The notes beneath the pieces were generated by a model, which worked only from the letters and a program-made list of their open reading frames with translations, had not been told where the DNA came from and ran no database searches. The position numbers and the translations under genes were made by a program. 64,000 nt of DNA, from contig NC_045696.1 of NCBI RefSeq assembly GCF_009834535.1, forward strand, positions 12,340,001 through 12,404,000, read 5' to 3'. Numbering within the stretch: the stretch's first letter is position 1; the number at the start of each line of letters is the position of its first letter. Shown piece after piece: positions 1-11,112 of the stretch. Origin of the DNA: Camelus ferus (lineage: Eukaryota).

Positions 1-239
1 GCATGTTCCCACTTAGCCTGAGATTCTTAGAGAGAAACATTCTTCTCCAAGTCAAGTATGCTTCCAAAAAGGTTATCACTGGAAGTTTCCTCACACTTAC
101 CAAACCAAGGACTAATGAAGAAAATTTGTTTTTGTTTTTCTTATTTCAACTCTATAACACATTTTAGTCTCTTAATTTCTTTACTCTCTAAATATCATGT
201 ATTATTTACTATACATGCACGTGCATGTGTAGCAGTTCA

Positions 240-763
240 TGTGGTAGGCAGAACCCTAAGATGACCCCTACAGTTTCAGGCCCTTGATATACACTCACAG
301 TCTGCCAGATTTTGCAAATGTAATTAAGGACACAGATCACTGAATTGAGATAAAGGATTATCCAGGCGGCCTGATTTAATCACATGACCCTTTTTAAAAG
401 CAAAGAGTTTTCTTGGATTGATTGCAGAAAGAAAAGTTAGAGATTCCAAACATGAGAAAGATTTGATGCATGATTCCTGCTTGAAGCAGCCATGTGTCAA
501 GAGACTTGAAGAACTTCGGACAGTGTTGAGGCATTGAGAGTAGTTTCTAACCAACATCTAGAAGGAAAATAGGGAACTCAACAAATAGCAAGTTTGATGA
601 AGACCCAACCCCAACCAACACCTTGATTACAACCATGAGCAGAGAATCCGTTGAAGCCATGCCCAGATTTCTGACCTACAGAAACTATGAGATAATAAAT
701 TTATGATGTTGTAAGCCACTAAGTTTGTGATCATTTATTACGCAGCAATAGAAAACAAGTATA
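240..763 (+). mobile_element. MaLR solo LTR, MLT1D/E-like
   Basis: Starts TGTGGTAGGCAGAACCCTAAGATGACCCC. Ends with the MLT1 3' block gagataataaat…gccactaagtttgtgatcatttattacgcagcaatagaaaac. Confidence 0.85.
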
Positions 764-1783
764 GTGCTGAATAATAACAATAAAAATGAGAAGAATCCCG
801 TCTCCCTTTTTTCACCCACAAACATTGTCCATAGTTTGTGGGTAGTCTTACATGTGGCGCAATTCAGATAATTTATAGTTAATACTTTCCTGGTGCTAAT
901 CTATATGGTGTTTGGGCAAGGTGGGCATGCAGGAAGGGAAAGACATTGCCCTGACTCTTCTCTTTCGAACTGAGTAACTATAATATATGTAAAAGCCAAT
1001 TTGTCAAAGAAAAAAATGCAAAAGTAGCAAGAATATTCCAGAGAACAGTACCAGCCAGTTCCAGCAGTACCAAACATAGGGGTAAATAGAGAGAGACTAA
1101 TCGGAGCTCATGAATTCAGGAAAGCTACCTGCCTTGGGGATGTATTTTTTATTGCCAGTAAAAGATGTAGCTGTGAGGAATTACGAAAGTCAACAGAGAA
1201 TCAGGTTAAACAAGTCTTTACTTGCGCTCAAAAATCCTTCCCCTGACGCAAATTGTGCTTCTTTTGTCCTCTCAATGCAGTCATAGCAGGATGAAACCGT
1301 ATCATATTCTTTTTTTTTCAATTGAGTTATAGTCAGTATCATATTCTTAATGCCAGGAAACTTAGGACAAACCATTAGCAAGCTATTCTTTTAAAACAGC
1401 TGCTAGGTTTCCAGTCTTTCTCATTTTATTTAACTTCCTGGAAAGAATAACATATACAAGTCTGCATCTTCCAAACTCCAATGTTTGGGCTTTTTGAAAT
1501 GTTTAAGTAAATGTTAGAATAGTTTTAATAGAAACATGCCAAACTCACCTTCTTTTACCCACAGTGTTTATGAGTGCTTCTATATCATTATATCACTTTA
1601 AAAGTTGCACTGGAGAGAAAAAATTATATGTTGCAATATTTTCATTGAAATTTCAGTGAAGATATTTTAGGATAGTGGTACCATAGTTCAACACGCTGGA
1701 TTATGTTATTTCAACTGTACCCCTTCTTAGAACACAGATTAGCTAATGCATATATTTAGAGATTCTTAGAAAATCCATACCAC

Positions 1784-2933
1784 TGCTACCAGAGATTATA
1801 TTCTTTGTCTCATCACAGAAAGAATTTGGAGAAAGTAAAGTGAAGATTTATTAGGCAAAATTATGCTGTCAAGGGGAGAGTGAGCAGACTCAGGGGAGTA
1901 GCTGCACTGAGTTTTTTGGCAAGCTGATTGTATGGGGAGTAAAAATGAACGAGCAGAATAATCATGGAGGAGAGGGGGTTTGGGGTGATATTCCCTGATT
2001 TCCATCCCAGCTCCACCTTCCTGCGGGGAGGAGGGATTTTTGCCCTTATTTTGTCTACATCAAAAGTGTCATGGCATTGGTGCATGATGGGTACTTCTTA
2101 TCTGCAAGGCTAATTTTATTGTAATGAGGGCATAATGAGCAAAAGGTTACTTACATTCAAATGTCAGAAATTCCCACGTTTCCCCACTTTTCTTTATCTG
2201 CCTGTGGGATCCTTATCACCCCAAAATGCGTGGCTCTTTTACCAATCTGGAAGTTCCTATTGTGGGCACACAACACGGTGACAGTGACATTCAGATTGGT
2301 AAAGAATTACCAGAGACCAGGAAAAGTTTAGGAAAGTTTAAGGGGGGTGCTGCTGTGGGCAGCAACAGGCCACACAGGCAAGAGGTGCCTGCATGAGCAC
2401 CAAGGTACTGTGCAGGGTCTTCCATTGCAGGAGGAGGCTGTGCACACAAAGAGCAGGGGGCTGCATGATCAATTCGTGCACAGGTACCAGATTGGTTGTA
2501 AGATCTTTCCGGGACTTTTCTGAACAATAGGTTTTATGACTTTGATAAGGGCAAGATGTGATGCCTGTCCCCCTAAGGTGTCGTGAGATAGGCTACCTCC
2601 TGGAATGACGAGTTTTGTTAAGGTAAACACACATCAAGAGAGGTTTTTATTCTGCAGAAATGCAGGGATGCTAAGGGTCCTGGGATTGGGGAGTGAGGGT
2701 TAATGTGTCAGTGGCTCCAGGCACACAGAGAGCCAGGAGTGGGGGTTTTTATGACTCCAGAGAGTGCCACTCGGCTCCATAGTTTCTGTTTTGTTTTGTT
2801 TGGTTTTTTTTTTTTTTTTGTCGTCTGCCCAAGAACTCCCATTGTTCACAAGATGTATGGTTTCCTGCCATCTGACTGACCCCCTTCCCTGCATCTTTCT
2901 CTGCTCATTTCTAGCTACCTGTCTGTTCTAACA
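1784..2933 (-). mobile_element. ERV1-type solo LTR, possibly carrying a nested second LTR at ~2261-2631
   Basis: TG…CA ends (tgctaccag…gttctaaca) flanked by a 4-bp direct repeat CCAC at 1780-1783 and 2934-2937. Minus-strand AATAAA (tttatt ~1846) lies near the left end. Confidence 0.7.
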
Positions 2934-3269
2934 CCACTTGGCCTGTTCATCACCATGGCATCAAATAGGTAAGTCAACTGAAACCCAGGAATCTTCAACA
3001 ACTTTGAAAATGGTATCCTATGATACCATGGTGACAATGGCCAATGAGGGAAGTATTTTTAGATGAAAAATTGTATTTAACGAAGCAGAATCAAATTTCT
3101 CATCTGTGTGTTCTGTTTACACCTAAGTGCAACCTTATCTGTTTCCAACCTCTCAGCTTGGAGCAGGAATACATGCAAAGCAGTGAGCTCACTTCCAGGT
3201 AGAAGAGAATTAATGTGACAAGATTCCAGTTCCTCCTGGGATCTATATCTGAGCACAGTGGACAAACTT

Positions 3270-3586
3270 TCTTCTGTTAAGAGCCACATAGCAAACTTTT
3301 TTTTTTGGTTTCAAGGACAAAGAAATACAAAATATTATGTATATTACTTATAAAGCTAGAGAGAAAACAAATGTCCACAATATTTTTATTGATGAATTTC
3401 AAAATATAATAATTGAGTACTTTTTTGTAACATAAGTCTACTAAAGGAAAAAATGGAATTCTTTTGGAGGAGGATAACATTTCACTTAATGAAGGTCACA
3501 AGTAAAAAACATTCCTAGTTTGTGGGCCATACAAAAACAATCAGTAAGCTGAATTTGACCCGCAGGCCATAGTGTATCCACCCTTG
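3270..3586. mobile_element. hAT-Charlie MITE, MER58B-like
   Basis: gcaaacttt… start region and the typical end tagtttgtgggccatacaaaaaca…gaatttgacccgcaggccatagt…accc. Confidence 0.65.
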
Positions 3587-3686
3587 TTGTTTTGTTTTGT
3601 TTTGTTATGGTTTGGTTTGGTTTGGTTTTTTATTGAAGTATAGTCAGTTTACAGTGTTGTGTCAGTTTCTGGTGTACAGCACAATA
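3586..3686 (-). mobile_element. Extremely 5'-truncated L1 3' end (~55 bp) with poly(A) decayed to (GTTTT/GTTTG)n
   Basis: ttttttattgaagtatagtcagtttacagtgttgtgtcagtttctggtgtacagc is the reverse complement of the L1 terminus seen at ~33050-33093 and ~55035-55082. ACCCT occurs on both sides. Confidence 0.85.
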
Positions 3687-4810
3687 CCCTGTTTTTGAGT
3701 GTGACTGTAGAGCACTATCCAAATGTCCTCCCATATAGCCACAGGAAAACTTGTGCCTGGTGTTTTAAGGAGGAAATGTGAGATGTAATATTTCTTAGGG
3801 AGATAAGCCTTTGTTAATTTAAGGCTGATGAGCAAAAACAGAAGTTGTGGCACCACTGACAGGGGTCCAGTCTAGCAAATTAAAATTTTGAGCCGATAGA
3901 ACAACAAGGAGACCCTGAATCATGACAAGAAAATGTGCATGATAAAGGGGCCCTGGGAGAATGAGGCCTTGGTCCAGCCTCCTTTTGTGTGGTTATTCTT
4001 AAAGCAAAGAACTCTAAAATTGTCCTCATGCTATGCAATTGTGTACATTGTTTGCCTTCCTCCAAGGCAGTGTGCCCTGGAGGAGGAAAGTCACATATTC
4101 ACATTTTTATACCAGTTACTATGGTTCTCAAACTTGCAGCCTTTAAAGCTGAGATTCTCCTACTTGTCCCAAGTCTTGTTCATTCTGTTCTAATTCTTGA
4201 GATGTGATCAGTTCTCTAAGATAGAAAGAATTGGTTCCCCATGCCAGATATTTTTAAAAATTTTTGGAGGGTAGGACGATAGTGTGGGATTTGGGGAAAG
4301 AAGGAACACAGACAAGGAATACCCACTTACCAGATATATATTTACTGAATGGACATTCTAGAACTCTTGTGTCATGCCATTAATGGACGAGACACTGATA
4401 AGATGCAATAAATCTCCAGAGCCTGGTGGGGAACTAAGACTGCAGATCCAGAAGAGTTGCTAAATATAAATGTAGGAAGATTCTAGAAGTAAATTTTGCT
4501 TCTAGCAGGAGCTGTTTTCATGACTGGAGCTAGTCAACACAATGCAACTGCCACCATCCTCCTGAACAGTATTAGTTTTGAGGATACCTATAGGATCACT
4601 GAGGGATCACAGAACATTGTATTCACTCAAGACATTGGTTGCTTGATACAGAATGAGAGCAGAGCCCATGACTGACTCCGCATCACTTTCTCTGGCTCCC
4701 TAGTCATAAACCCAACACCTCCTGCTATCATATGAAACTGGGAAAGCTTTGTCAAGAATGAAACATATGAGATTTCATCTGACTTGCAACTAGTAGCTTA
4801 TTAACCCACT

Positions 4811-5390
4811 GTAGTTTCATAAATATGGTCAAAAAACACCAGACTCATAGATCAGAGAAAAACCTTTACTACGCCTGAGCTTCACACTTTCCCAAGTGAT
4901 GCTGCACACACAGTAAGTTTGCATCATAAATGAGCAACCCCTTGCTTATGAAATCCCATTTTATTATAATGAGCTACATGCAAACAGGTCAACCACTGCT
5001 CCAAAGGGAAACATTACTTTTATTAGACTGAACAGTAAGCACACCTGTCTTCTGCTCCAGAGAGAGAAACTATCTCTATCTTGCAAGGCTGTTTGCTCTA
5101 TAAACATTTTTGAAAAGATCATCTGGGACGATAAAAAGATCCTCAGCAACTCTGTTTGCAAGACAAGCAGAAATATAAGAGACCAATGGACTTGCATAAA
5201 GTCTGGGCCTGTTGAGAGTATTTAACATGCTAATACATTACAATGAGCATATAATGAGACTTAAGGTCCACTGAAAGTGAAATCCTCTGCCATTTTGGGC
5301 TGAGCTGGTTCTAACTAGCTTATGTTGTATCTTCAATTGCTGTGTCATTCTTTTAATAGTTGTGCCCTTCCCCCTTCCCTCCTGTTTCAC
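4811..5390 (-). mobile_element. Probable ERV solo LTR, family uncertain
   Basis: TG…CA ends (tgtagtttc…cctcctgtttcaca) and LTR-like motifs (gtgaaatcctctgccattttggg). No clear TSD. Confidence 0.5.
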
Positions 5391-6949
5391 ATTTATTCCC
5401 TATTGAGCTTCCAGATAGTAAATAAATTGTATCTAACTAATTCTTACTTTCCACCTTCTTCCCATCACATCAACATTAGTTGATCAATCAGAAACTGAGG
5501 CTATCCTCACCAACATTCTACCCTTTCACCAATGAACTGGAGAAGGTAGGCACTTTCCCATTTCCTTATTATCTATATCATTCAGATAACTTGCAGAAAA
5601 CAGTCAAACACATAAGTGTAATATGGTTCCAGGACCTAACCTCGGCCTTTGGTTCTACATCAGTTGTTCTTTCCTTTCCATCACTCTGTCCCTCAGTGGC
5701 ATTGCATGCCATCCTCTGGCCTCTCAACAAAAATCTAAAATTGTTTACCCCAAGAAAATAAAAATAAGTACAAAACCCAGAAATGTTAATTTTTTAATTG
5801 CATCTTAATGTTTAATAAAGTTCCTACAAGAAAAAATAAATAAACAAAATAAAATAAAATTGTTTTCCCCCTGTGATGAAAAGGAAGTCTTCCTCATAGA
5901 ACTGTGTCTTAACTGGTTTTGAAATTACACATTGCTTTTGTAACAACCTGAAAATAAAAGTTAACTTTGTCTTTGGGAATTCAAAGACTGGGGATATCAC
6001 TAGGCCCTTCCTGACTGAAATGACTACTATCAAAACAATTTATTACCCTATTTAAATAATTACTGGGGTGGTAGACAATCTAATAAAAAGTTGAATTTTT
6101 CCCTTCAGGAATTCAGCATGTATAACTCTGGCAGAGGAGGTGGAAAATTGTGCCTTGATTATTGTTGTCAAAGAATCCTGTGATGGAAATGCTCACTGAT
6201 AAACTAAATAGTTCAAGATCACAGAGAAATTAGAGAAAATGATGACTTATTAGGCTAAAAAATTTTCAGAAATAAATTAAATGAAATTATAGGGGACAAA
6301 TTTAAGTATCTGTTATGTGGAATAAAATAATAGTATTTGAGGAAAAGTCATCAAGGTTGCAATGTTTGGCTTTATCCAACAAAAACCAAAGGGACTGACC
6401 ATGTAAATTTCACTCTTGACCAGTCAGTTGGACTGAATTCTAGTGAGAAAATAGAGGACTGGGAAAAAAAAACAACATTTTTTTGTCAAATTTAGAATTG
6501 AGACTGACAAATATGATTGTAAGTTTGGGGGCATTTAGATATTCAGACGTGCAAGGAAATAACTTGGGGTCAAGGTTGATTCAAGTTTTTAGAAAGAAAG
6601 GAAATACGGAATTATATCTACACAACAATCAAATGTTTTTAAATATCTGTAGATAAATTCACTTCGTGTGAGTCAATCAAATTTCTTCTAACAGTTATTC
6701 CAGCACAGGGAGAAATAAAAGGGTTTAAGACTCTAAGAATCAGGAGTAAGACATTATAAAGTGAACATTTAAATAACGTTTGGATGTGTGTGTTCAGAAA
6801 CTAGAACTGTATATGCTTCTTAAGACTTTTATAAATAGACAGCATTGTTGCATTGAATTGGATCTTCTCTCAGATGCATTGCGCAGAAGCACATACATCC
6901 CCTGAATTTTCCTAATCTGGTAGAAGCACTTGTGGCTACTGAAGGAAAG

Positions 6950-7170
6950 AGCATGGGGTAGTGAATAGTCTCTGGACTAGGATTCCAAAGACTTGGCTTT
7001 GATTCAGGCTCTCCCATTTGTTACGTAGGTGCCTTTGTGTGAGTTAATAAAAACCTCTGTGTTTAAATTTCTCTATCTCTTTACTAGATAGCATGTATCA
7101 CTAAAGGATATTGATGTGATGATTTAATGAGATTATTTACCTACGTAAAAAGCGTCAGCAGGTAATAGAT
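6950..7170 (+). mobile_element. MIR SINE (decayed)
   Basis: MIR-like core: acttggctttgattcaggctctccc…aacctctgtgtttaaatttctctatct…gatttaatgagatt. Confidence 0.6.
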
Positions 7171-7172
7171 TC

Positions 7173-7650
7173 TGTATCCGTCAGAGTTTCAGGAAACGAA
7201 TAGTAGCTCCAACAAGGTCATTCAAAATAGGTAAATGAAGGAACTATTTACAAAGAGTGGCCAAGGTTAAAAGAAATCAGAAAAGAACACTGAAGCACCC
7301 CAAGAAAGAAAAATGAGGAGCTAAAAATGAAGTGGGAAGTAAGGACGTGTTTCCAGAGCCCAGCAAGCTGTGTCTTCAGTGATAAGTATAGCAGTGACTG
7401 CTTGCCTAGAAACTGGTGACCTGCAGTAAAAGTGAGAAATCAGTATTACCCTGCAGCCCAGAGGGGAGACTGCTCAGGGAATCTGCATCCCACCCTCTCT
7501 TCTACCATCTTCAGATCTCTCCCTGGACTCTCCCATTGGCTGTGCTCAACTGGAAATCAGAACACAAGGATGCAATGGGCTTACTCATCGTAGAAGTTAT
7601 AGGAGGAGAAGGAAGAGAAGTAAATTATAATGGCAGACCCACACACACAT
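7173..7650 (-). mobile_element. Old ERVL LTR, LTR33/LTR41-like
   Basis: Shares blocks gaaggaactatttacaaag and ctcccattggc…aactggaaatcag with the copy at 16520-17015. Confidence 0.55.
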
Positions 7651-8499
7651 TTCACACTCAGGAGTTTGGAAACACAGACAAAGCTGTGTGAAAACTGAGA
7701 GACGGGAAAGAGGTGAAATGTTTGGTAGGGCCCATTCTCCCCTGAATGCAATCCTACATTTTAAGGAGGTAAGACCTGGACAGTTATAAACTTAGATGAA
7801 TGATTAGCAACTTGTCCATGGAGCAAACTCCATGACTTTTTGTGTATTGTTTGTTTTGTATTATAGGTTTGTTTTTTCAATTATAGCTTCCATTTATTGA
7901 GTACTTAGTATGTGCCAGGCAATAAGTAATCTGTATATTTTTTCCTTAATCCTCATAAGGGCCATATTAAGCAAAATTAAGACTCAATTTCAAAATGAAA
8001 TGCACTTGACTGTCAGTAAAAACATATTCTTGGTTTGAAAGTTGTTGGATTGAATCAAGCCACAAGTAAACCATCAACCTCCCCACCCAAGGATTGATTT
8101 CTGAATGTTCACAGAAGAGACAGTGAGCTTCTTTACAAAACATACCTCAAATTTACTCTTTCCACAAAGCTGGTGTCATCAAACCAGATTGCAGTTACAG
8201 GGTTATCCTTTTTTTCAGCTCTCAATTCATTTTACTTATGAAGCATTAACTGAGCATTGATCCTGTGTGGGAAGATGTTAGGCCTTGGGGCCCCTGGAAC
8301 ATAAAGATAAATATATCTCAAGTCCCATTTATAGAGGGGCTCACACCTGAACGAGCGTGCATGCTCAAATGTGTGGTATTTCAATCAGTGTTGGGACACA
8401 GTCTGAGGTTGTTCCCCACATCCCCTCCCCTTGCTCCCACACACAAGAATGTGGTGGCATGAACTGAGCTCTTTGTTTTCGTAAATTTATCATCACACG

Positions 8500-8970
8500 T
8501 TATATCACAGCTCTTTTGTTGTAAGCAATGAAAGGCCTATACAAATTATTACAACTTCAAAAGAGGAATACATAACTCAGGTAGCTGGTAATACCATTGC
8601 TATAACTCATAAGATGGAAGGAGGACCTGCGGGAACTTTATAACCCATCTCCCCACTTGGGTTTTCATTGGTTTCTTTCTGTGGGCAGCTCCTCCCCATT
8701 TAGCAGGAAACGTGTTGGCCAGCAACCGAGTTTCACATCCTCCCAAATGAGTTTTTTCTCTACATCTTGACATGTCAACCGACAAAAAAAAAAAAACTCT
8801 AGTTGGTCTTACTTGGGACATATGGCAACCCTGGGCTATTTATTCCGGCAAAGTCTGAGTGACAAGTGGACAGAACACCCACAGGAGGCTGAGAGGCAAG
8901 GCAGAATGGGCTTGTCAGGGCACGTGACCAGAAGGAAGAAGCAGGTATTCTGAGAACACAGCCTACTAGG
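8500..8970 (-). mobile_element. Old MaLR LTR, MLT1J/K/L-like
   Basis: ctcttttgttgtaagcaatgaaag start, ttggtcttacttgggacatatg and ccagaaggaagaagcaggtattctg blocks. Confidence 0.5.
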
Positions 8971-10847
8971 ATCACTCAAAGTCTGAAAGCCATTATGCTA
9001 TATAAATATTCTGCAAAATGAAACATTATACATTAGTCCATCATGACTCACATTTTTGTCCACTATTCAAAAGCCTGGAAAGTGGTAGAAAATAGAAAGA
9101 TTGAAAACCTGTTTTAAGAATAAAATGTATGAAGTAGGATTGCATGATCTGTTTCCATTCTTGTTAAAATCACTTCTATAAGGATTATATATGTTTTTAC
9201 TCTAGCCTGTTTCCACTACAGTCTGGCATGTAAACTATGCCCAACTCTTACATTTTGTGAACCAGAGACCTTGCTCATTTTAATTGCCTTAGACTTTGAG
9301 ACATCAGCCATCACAAATGCCTCCCATATTTTTCTCTGGCCAAAAACTCTGTACACTTTTCAGTTGGAAACCCAGTTTAAGCTACATCCCTGCAGGCTGC
9401 AGGATCTTTCCAGCCAGAAGATCAGAAGGAAGAGGAGGGTGGGGTGAGAGGTGATCAAGGGAAAGGTCTGATGGTGACCGAGCTTAGAGCAGTCACAACT
9501 TCCTCTTTATTGTTTAGTGTTCTGTTTTCCTTCCCTGTGTAGCTCTATCTCCATTAATACTTATGTTAAAGGAACAGAAATGTGTTTATGATGTCCTTGG
9601 ATAGTTTTTAATGTGAATTAGCTCATTGGTAAATAACATATATCTCTCCATCGTCACATAGCATATGCAGCACATGAAGCAAAATAGCAACTTCATGGAG
9701 ACATGACTTAATCATTTCTACTTTATTTCTCACCTGAGTGACTTAAATGTAGTTATCCCATTTTTCTCATTAAAAATGTGTAATATTGAGAGGTAAAAGA
9801 AAGAGGAAAAGAGAGAATGTAAAGGAGGGGAGGCATGTCGGTCCATTTGCGTTTCTGGATCTCTTATCGCCCTCATCATCCTACCAGAACTTGGCTTATA
9901 TAATCACTTTGTCATGGTGGCATCTCCTACTCTCTAGTGATAAATATTCATCTCTTATCTTCTGATCTTTTGTAATCTGCCCCCATGAGACCAGGCAGAC
10001 CTAGAGCAGAGACTATGAATGACTTGTGACATAATTTAACAAAGAATCCAGGAATACCTTGCAGGAGCCCCATATTCACTGAAACTGAGTGTTTACAGAT
10101 CTGAGTTCTATTTCAGTATAATCCATAATCTTTGGAATCCCTTAAACCTAGTCTAATTTTGTGCACCACAAAGGCCTTGTTCACCAGGGAAAGCACTGTT
10201 TGATAAGAAACAAGTAAAGCATATAGGGCACATGTGCAGTAATAATTCAGAAAAGGGAAACAGCACTGTTGTGACAGCACAGATGAGGTTATCAGTGTGG
10301 TACCAGGGTCAAAAGAGTCAGCACGCTCAAGGTAGTAGCCACCAGCCCTTGATCAGCAATTTCCAGTTAGTCACAGTCATGGCCAAGTGCAGAGGGCAAA
10401 GCATGAAACACATATCAGCAATAAGTCAGGGGCAGAAAAATGGAAAAGTTAAAATAATAATAATAATAATGTGACTTGGAAACCAGAGAGAAAACCAGGA
10501 ACACAGGTCACAGCTGGGAGAAATGAAGCTAAAAGTGGAGAAAGCATGGAGGAGCTGAGTCACAGGCTAAGGAATGAAAGCCAGGGCACAGAGCATGGAA
10601 CAGCGTGAGTCAGTCATCCTGCGGATAACGAGCAAGGAAAGAGCTGCCTTGGGAGGCGCTGCATAGCTCTGCCTCCCAGTTGCAGCCTAGCAGTAACCTG
10701 GGGCTTCTTTGGGGCCCACCATCTGACCCTTGAGGGTCCAGAGGACACAAGGACCCCAGTAAAAGTGGCTTTAAAGAATCCCAATCCCACCAGAGGAAGG
10801 AGGGAAATTATTCCAAAATGTGTTCGTGTGACAGAGAAACAAATTGC

Positions 10848-11038
10848 TCTGAGAGCAGGCATTGTATGATTTCTATTCTTTTAAATTCAAAGTGTGTCTT
10901 ATGGCCCAGAATACAGTCTATCTTAGTAAACCTTCCACGTGAGCTGGAGAAAACTGTGTTTTCTGCTGATTTTGGATGAAGTAGTCTATAGATGTCCATT
11001 ATATTCAGTTGACTGACAATGTTGAGTTCAACTATGTT
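10848..11038 (-). mobile_element. Isolated old L1 ORF2 endonuclease fragment
   Basis: ORF 10808-10999(-) reads DIYRLLHPKSAENTVFSSSRGRFTKIDCILGHK, matching the L1 EN motif DIYRxxHP…FSSxHGTFSKIDHILGHK. Confidence 0.9.
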
Positions 11039-11112
11039 GAAAGAAGGAAAGAAGGGAGGGAGGGAGGGAAGGAGGAAGGAAGGAAGGAAGGAAGAAAGAA
11101 AGTAAGGAAGAA
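11039..11112 (+). repeat. (GGAA/GGGA)n polypurine microsatellite
   Basis: Directly visible. Confidence 0.95.
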
